A stretch of DNA of 63,660 bases, the filler included, from Folioceros fuciformis (lineage: Eukaryota): the NCBI GenBank assembly GCA_049999805.1. It is 9 parts of 9 records of this genome, joined end to end, with 100 filler letters (N's around TTAATTAATTAA, not from the genome) between each part and the next. Parts side by side here need not be neighbours in the genome. Positions count along the whole stretch, not along the records: positions 56,000 to 59,707 come from JBNGIO010005231.1; positions 59,808 to 62,400 come from JBNGIO010005240.1; positions 62,501 to 63,660 come from JBNGIO010005263.1; 6 more parts are not named here. One strand, 5' to 3'. The position numbers were made by a program, and so were the translations under genes. This document shows positions 56,604 to 63,660 of the stretch, in pieces. Positions within the stretch are counted from its first letter, which is position 1, and every line of letters begins with the position of its first letter. The notes beneath the pieces are model-generated. The model had not been told where the DNA came from, searched no databases, and saw only the letters and a program-made list of their open reading frames with translations.

Positions 56604-57279
56604 CTGTCAAAGAAGAGGAGCACCAACAAGGAGATGAGCACAAATGAGTCCTGTAATTGAAGGAACAATATCATGTCTCTCAAAACTAACAAGAGGACGT
56701 GAGATGCGAGTTTCTGCACTCACTGCGAGGTGAGTCTCTACATGAGGTGTGAATCCACATGGTCTCTGATGAACATGGTTTTCGGCCTAGTCTCCGCATC
56801 TGCACCGGGCAGCAGATTAGGTGTCTTGCTCTGCAACGCTTTCTTTTTAGATCGATTCACCCGCAATGAGAAGTGCATGGCTTTGAAAAGCTGATTTGAA
56901 ACCTGGACCTCAAACCGACGGGTTTGGAATCCTTCCATCTTGGGTATGGAAATGCAAGTACAGATAACAGATACAAAAACCCGAGTATGCAACGGGAACC
57001 ACAAACTGATGTTGTTGTTATATCGTGCATGTCGATACAAAGCCACGGTACATCGGGTTGCGTAGTACATCGGGTTGAGCATCCGCACGGGTCTGCTGAC
57101 CGTATTTGCCTTAATGGCCATCGGGTATCGATGGGAAAGCCTCACGTTGGTAGGACAATGCTGCTTGCTAGCGCTCCTGATGCCAGGACACGGCTGCTTT
57201 CTAAAACTCCTGATGCCAGGATAGGGCTGCTTGCTCGCACCCTATTGCATGTGACTTAATTAGGGTGTTTAGCTTGAGT

Positions 57280-58570
57280 CAAGGTATCTCTTTAGCATGC
57301 TACCACCTTGCAATCTGAAAAGAGTCTTCATTTGTGTTGTGAGCGCGGTAGTGATGTAGTCCTAGCAGCACAGCAAGTGGACTAATACTCAATTAATGTA
57401 TGTGACAAAAATGTATATTATATGTCAATTGGGCTTGGTGCCCTTCACTCTATAAGTGTAAGTTCATATGAAACGCTATGTACTTAGCATATAAATAATC
57501 AACGATTACTTATCCTAACACACTCCCTTAAGGACATAGCTAATTCGTAAAGCTTTTGCACCACAACATCCATAGTTTGCAGTTGAGCATCGAACTGCAA
57601 ATTGTCAGTGGAACCGGAAGACGTGTTGTTGTAGCAAAACAAGTGACAAAGCACCAAAAGCGGAGTGGTAGAGGTAATGCATGTCCTCTTGCCAGCATAA
57701 AAGTCAGTGCAACTTTGCAGCGATCTGATATCAAGCTGAAGCTTCATCCGTAGCAACCTGTTGTCAGAGCTGAAAGAGGAATCCCCAGACTCGAAGAACC
57801 CTAACGTGAAAGGGAAGGGGAAGGAGACACACTGAAGTGATCTACCAATCCCATCTGTCCTAAATGAAAGGTATGCTTAGGACCAGGTAGTGTCTTTGTG
57901 AGTAAATCTGCGACATTCAAGTCTGTTAACACATGCTTGATTCTGACTACTTTCCTTTCAACAGAATGGCGCACGAAATGGTGCTGGATTTCTGTGTTTC
58001 GTGCGTGCGTGAAAACTCGGATTCCCTACAAGAGCTATGGTGGATTGGTTATCACAAAAGACTGTAGTAGGCTGGAGNNNNNNNNNNNNNNNNNNNNNNN
58101 NNNNNNNNNNNNNNNNNNNNNNNNNNNNNNNNNNNNNNNNNNNNNNNNNNNNNNNNNNNNNNNNNNNNNNNNNNNNNGGTTATCACAAAAGACTGTAGTA
58201 GGCTGGAGCTGTGAGACACGAAGACCGGCCAAGAAACTCCTCTCCCATTCGGCTTCTTTGGCTGCATCTGTAAGGGCTTTGTATTTAGCCTTAGTGGAGG
58301 ACAGAGCTACGGAAGCCTGCTTCTTTGAACTCCAATTTACAGCTGCGCCTGAGAGGAAGAAGCAGTAGGCGGATAGGCTGCGTCTGCTTTCGAGGTCTAA
58401 GGCCCAATCGGCATCAGCGTAACCTACAAGTGTGCAACCATCAGGTGCGCCCCCTCTGTAGCACAGATTGCAGTGCCCTTTAGATAACGCATGATGCGTT
58501 TGACGGCTCCCCAGTGTTCTTTGCTAGTTTGTTCCAAAAACTGTGCAATAGAGCTGACAGCATGTTGAAT
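57280..58570 (-). mobile_element. Ty1/copia 3' part (RT end, RNase H, PPT, LTR remnant)
   Basis: HWGAVKRIMRYLKG, GYADADWA, SVALSSTKAKY, VFCDN, TKHVFRFH-like; PPT acactccct at ~57520. Confidence 0.82.
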
Positions 58571-58578
58571 ATTCGGGC

Positions 58579-59707
58579 GTGGAACCATTTCTCACCACCC
58601 AGAACGCTGTGGTTAGACAAGCTCAAAAGAATTCGAGCGGCTTCAATGTAGACGACGACCTCGACATCAGTGTCGCCGAACTCATCGGAGCTATGATTCA
58701 GGAGGAGTCCAGTCGCCGCCATGAGCCCAAGTCCAACCGTTTGCAGGTGATGTACGCTGGAAGAGGCAGAGGAAGAGGACGCCGCAAAAGTTCTCCTTGC
58801 AATCGACCTGCTTATTCCACACCAAACAAATCTCATGGCGAATCCAGCTCTTCCATACCTTTCAGGGGTACCAAAAAGAGTGGACTTATTTGTAATTGGT
58901 GCAGAATTCCTAATCACATGGAAAAGGACTATANNNNNNNNNNNNNNNNNNNNNNNNNNNNNNNNNNNNNNNNNNNNNNNNNNNNNNNNNNNNNNNNNNN
59001 NNNNNNNNNNNNNNNNNNNNNNNNNNNNNNNNNAAGAAGAATGGGGAACCCAGATCAGAGGCCCCGCCTGCCGCTCACGTAGCTTCGAAGAAGCACTCTT
59101 CCTCAACAACACGTGTGCTCACTATTTGCCTTGCCTCCTCTAAGCCGGCCACCGCTTATTGGTACCTGGACAGTGGAGCAACATCACATATCTGCTACAA
59201 CAAAGACTCCTTCGAGTCATATACCCCAGCCACAGGCCATCTGACTGTTCTCCTGGGCGATGACCATAACCTTCCCATAGCGGGCCTAGGATCTGTTGTC
59301 CTCAGATGTGATTCAGGTCAGACTCTTCATCTTCACCACGTCCTCCATGTTCCTGCCATGTGTAAAAATCTTGTGTCAGCCGCTAGTCTTTGCTGAGAAC
59401 ACCACATGCAGGTCCTTCTATATGCAGATAGTTGTCTCCTTTCCTACCTCAAGAATAGAACACACAATATCTGCACTGGCACTTTAGACGATGGTCTCTA
59501 CCGCTTGTCAGTTAAAGTAGGAGCCACACATTCCGTCAATGTAGCCTCCCAACATTCTGCAACACCAACACACACGATGCTCTGGCATTGTCGATTAGGC
59601 CATCCTAATAGTCAAAAGTTACTCCAAATGTCTAGAGACAACCTGTATAGAACACCCTGTCTCTCCAAGGTTCACAACTTAGATTGGTGCGAAACATGTG
59701 TCCTCAC
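58579..59707 (+). mobile_element. Ty1/copia gag zinc knuckle, protease and GAG-pre-integrase fragment
   Basis: CNWCRIPNHMEKD, WYLDSGATSHIC, HVLHVPAMCKNLVS, LWHCRLGH. Confidence 0.88.
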
Positions 59708-62500
59708 NNNNNNNNNNNNNNNNNNNNNNNNNNNNNNNNNNNNNNNNNNNNTTAATTAATTAANNNNNNNNNNNNNNNNNNNNNNNNNNNNNNNNNNNNN
59801 NNNNNNNACCAGACCAACCGATCTTCAGCTAGCTGCTTTGAATGTTAGAGAAGCAAGATTGTTCGGAAGAAGGGGAAAGCTGTCATGACTTGGGAAGTCT
59901 AGTAAAATAGTGTCTCTGTGTGAACTTGTTGTGTAGGATAATGTTGAGCAAGTTAACAAGTCTACAAAGACAGGCATGTTGAGTGATAATGATGATGCAT
60001 TTTGTTTAGAGAGGCGATCTGCAAATGAAAAGTTATCATGAAAGAGTGGTTGAAAGACGCAGTTATTTTGGTAGTCAACTTTGTGAGTAGTTTATGCCGT
60101 TTGAGGGTGTTCAATCAATTAATTGGCAACGAGATGTTACAAGTATATAAGGACCTGGAAAGGATGAATGGGCATTCTTTTGATAGTTTCCTTAAAAAGC
60201 TCAGAGTATAAGTCATGAACGATGTGCTTGTGACGATTTGGCTTGAATCAAAAGGCTTGTAGTGAACTGAACAATTAAATCAAAGATTTTGTGTTGCAAA
60301 TTTGCATTTGCATGTCTCATTACACACAAGAATGTTGCAATGACGTGGCACAGAGCATGGTTGGACTAACGTTTTAAAACTTGTTACTATCAAACGAATT
60401 CACAACCATGAGCCAAGACACGAATGTTAGATAAGAGCAAATTTGTCCTTGGAGAATGGAAGTTGTGATTTGAGGGAGTTGGTATGTATGCTAGGTAATT
60501 TGCTGCCAAAATGAGGGGACTAGTTGTCCTTGGATTATGAGTAAAGGTGTTTTGGGATTAAGAGCATTTAAGCTGTAAAAAAAAAAGGAGGTCACGTAAA
60601 CAAAGTGTGCTAAAAAGCAAGGATGGATTCGTAACAATTGAGGAAGAATGTTTGAAGTTAGTGGTGTCGTATGTCATGAGTCATTAAAACTTGAGTGAGC
60701 ACGTTTGGTTGATAGATACAAATAGCTCAAGGGGTGGAACTATAAGTCAGATGGGTCAAGCAGAAATTTGAAGGGGATATGCCGACATGTTAAAAAGTTG
60801 CTAAGGAGAGTAAGAGAAACAAAGAAGGGTAGAATTGATGGGTTTGTGAGTTAAACAAATGATGACTGAGCAAGTCGGTGTGGAGAGTACGACTTGAGGG
60901 TTGATCAAGAGAGGGATGTTGGTTTGAAGAAGTTAGGCCGTATTGCAAAGTTTAGAAGGAATTAGAACGGATTGGTGACAGAGTGCTCGTTTTTTTTTAG
61001 AGAGAGAGAGAGGAAACTTCAGTTGAGAGAGTTATGGCAAGGACAAGTGTACCGGAGGGGGGGAGCGTAAAGGAAGAAGGTGNNNNNNNNNNNNNNNNNN
61101 NNNNNNNNNNNNNNNNNNNNNNNNNNNNNNNNNNNNNNNNNNNNNNNNNNNNNNNNNNNNNNNNNNNNNNNNNNNNNNNNNNGAGCGGGGAGCAGCGGCG
61201 GGCACGGTCATGGTGGGCAAGAACAAAGAGCGGGTAGGAGGAGCCTGTGCTTTTAGGGCGAGACCGAATAAGTAGTTGAAATGCAGTGTGGGGCCCAAGC
61301 CTCCATTATCCAAACTTACCAAGGCTCAACTTAGTCAGCAACTTTTGGAGCAGGTTGTTGAGTTGGAGCAGCTTAGAAAGGGTGTTAATCCCAACTTGGA
61401 AAGCTTGAAGGAGGCGATCACGCATGTGTGTGGCCCGCTTGTGCTACCTCCTCCACTGGGTAGCGAGTTCTTGGCGGGTGCAAGAACAGACGAGGGAGCG
61501 GGCCAGGAAGTGGTTGGGAGAGTTATGAAGGAGAGCGCGACGACTAAGGATGAGAATGGGGGAGAGGCGTTGAAGGCATTGGGAGCAATGCTAAGAGGAG
61601 GGAGGCAAGAGAACGTGGAATCATAGGGAGAGGCAAAGCGGGAGGTTTCAAGAGAGGGACTGAGTGCCCAAGAAGTGTCAGCGAAGGTGGTGGTAGAGAA
61701 ACGTGAGTGCAAGCAGAGACATGTTGAGGATAATAAAAAAATTGAGAGCGAGAAGCCAGTGGAAGCTGAGGAGGAGAGTGGACCTGTCCTTGCAGAGTAG
61801 CATGAACGAAGGAAGCCTGCACAAGCTGCATGTGCGGAAGGCAAGGTTGAGGAAGAGCAGGCTAGTGGTTCTGCAACACAAAAGGTGGGGAAGGTGAAGT
61901 CGTCTAAGGAAATTGAAGTGACTGTCAACAAGTTCGTGGACGCAGGGGTGGAAAGAGAGAAATAGGTGGTGACAGGAGCAGGAGCAGACACCGGCTTGTC
62001 TGTACAACAGGAGATGCTGAAGGTCGTGGGGGGGGGTATCTTTGTGGTGGAAGAGGAGACGGGATTGCCAGGTGCTCTGGTGTGTGGTGGTAGGGCAGAA
62101 TCAAGGCCCAGAAGGAGGAATTTGTTGCTGGAGTACAACTCCTCTTCAAAAGAAGGGGATGGCATCAATAAGGAGCATGGATTCCTCCCTGATGGATATA
62201 AAATTGTCACCTCAACAGACATCGGAGGGTGGTTCGAAAAGTGGTGAGAAGGGGACGGTTCAAGAAGAAGACGAGGAGCTTGGAGGAACAGGTGGGGCTA
62301 AGGCAGAGGAAGATTTGGAGTGTGGCAAGCAGGCTTCTCTAGCAGCGAAGTGGAACATTACAGAGACTCACAAGTTCTATGACGAGGAGCTTCGTCAACT
62401 NNNNNNNNNNNNNNNNNNNNNNNNNNNNNNNNNNNNNNNNNNNNTTAATTAATTAANNNNNNNNNNNNNNNNNNNNNNNNNNNNNNNNNNNNNNNNNNNN

Positions 62501-63597
62501 AGTAATTGCAAGTGAGATTAGATCTACGATTTCTCCCCGTGAATGAAGAGGCCTCCGTTTGTTTCACAAGGTTGGCTGATCCGTCGCCAATCTTCTTGGT
62601 CACAAAGGCTGATTCTTCCGATGTCTTCCCCTTCTCCTTGCGTTTGGTCTCCTCATGGAGTAGTCTTCCCACAACAATCTCAAATGTAAGAGCATCTACT
62701 CTTGATTCTAAAGCTACAATCAAATTGTTATATGACTCCGGCAAGCTTGCAAGAAGAGTCATCACAAGGTCATCATCCGTCACAGGAGCTCCAATGACTG
62801 CCAATTGTTGGGAAAGACTCCTCACCTTGTCTACATGCTCAATCACACTATCACTCTCACCCATTTGAATGGAAAAGAATCTACGCCTTAAGAACAAGCG
62901 ATTCACAAGGCTCTTGTTCTCATACAAAGCCTCTAATTTCAACCAAGCCTCTCTTGCTGATTTGCAAGTGGTCACATGCATCAATTGTGCATCTTCTAAG
63001 TTGAAACAAATATTTGCAAAGGCCTTGCCTGCAAGCTCATCCCACTTGGGCTGTCTCTCCACTTCATTTGGACGCTCCTCGGTCCCCGACACAATTCTCC
63101 AAAGGCCTTTTTCAGCCAACAACATTTGCATCTTGAACTTCCACAAGTTGAAGTTGTCACCTCCAAACTTTGAGATAACTTGTAGAGTGACGGTCCCTTG
63201 GGTGTGTGGGCCCATAACCTGTTGAGATGTCACCCCCGCCATGCTCAAAGGAGGTTAAAACAAGTTAGTTGAAGCAAGATGCAGAATCCCAAAACTAAGA
63301 GCACTATAACAAGGCTCTTAAACTCAAATAAAAAAGGAGAATTAATAAAACAACACAATACAAGTGAAGAGGGAGTTAGATTGCATATACTAAGTGGGTT
63401 CATCCCTTCTTTTATGGACCTATGGGTGGCACTCTCATTTCGTGCCCAATATGGGATAAATGACCCTACAATACTTCTTTTGCCTAACATAGCAAAGTCT
63501 AATAAGCTATATATATATATTAATCATAACCTTAATCACTCTTACCACTAATTAGTATAAACTCAATAAGCTGGATTAGCACTAATTAATCTCAACA
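62501..63597 (-). mobile_element. 5' end of a Ty1/copia element: LTR at 63220-63597, PBS and uninterrupted gag
   Basis: Perfect terminal inverted repeat tgttgagat...atctcaaca; PBS GGTTATGGGCCC; gag KFGGDNFNLWKFKMQMLL...LLASLPESY...LLHEE, open up to the linker. Confidence 0.9.
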
Positions 63598-63660
63598 TTA
63601 ATCATGCTTAACAACTTGTACCTCTCAAGTATCGCATGATCCTTTTCACCGCAATCCAAT

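Noticed and set aside
61034-62400. Glu/Lys-rich broken ORFs as a gene
   Set aside because: Multiple stops, low complexity and no recognisable domain; probably a decayed repeat.

Overview
Land-plant nuclear DNA, most likely a hornwort. This is inferred from a DYW:KP-type PPR gene ending in 'GRP', introns of mostly about 75-100 bp and GC-rich exons. The window is not contiguous: eight 100-bp linkers (N-TTAATTAATTAA-N) join nine separate pieces, and plain 100-N gaps lie inside several pieces. Host genes: a TPR protein (partial), GnT-II/MGAT2, EXECUTER, a PLS-PPR DYW:KP editing factor, RPB11, a RING protein, a Raf-like kinase, a tonoplast sugar transporter, a CCCH zinc-finger protein and a legumain/VPE pseudogene fragment. 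The rest is mostly nested, decayed Ty1/copia and Ty3/gypsy elements. The most striking item is a gypsy-like retrotransposon (about 32.6-38.1 kb) with a C5 DNA-cytosine methyltransferase domain in the same frame as gag and protease, upstream of RT. A homologous fragment on another piece (39.7-40.1 kb) indicates a family. Also notable: an OSB-type 'PDF' ssDNA-binding motif at the N-terminus of the candidate U-to-C editing protein, and a divergent RPB11-like ORF directly upstream of RPB11. All calls come from motif recognition by eye; no searches were run.
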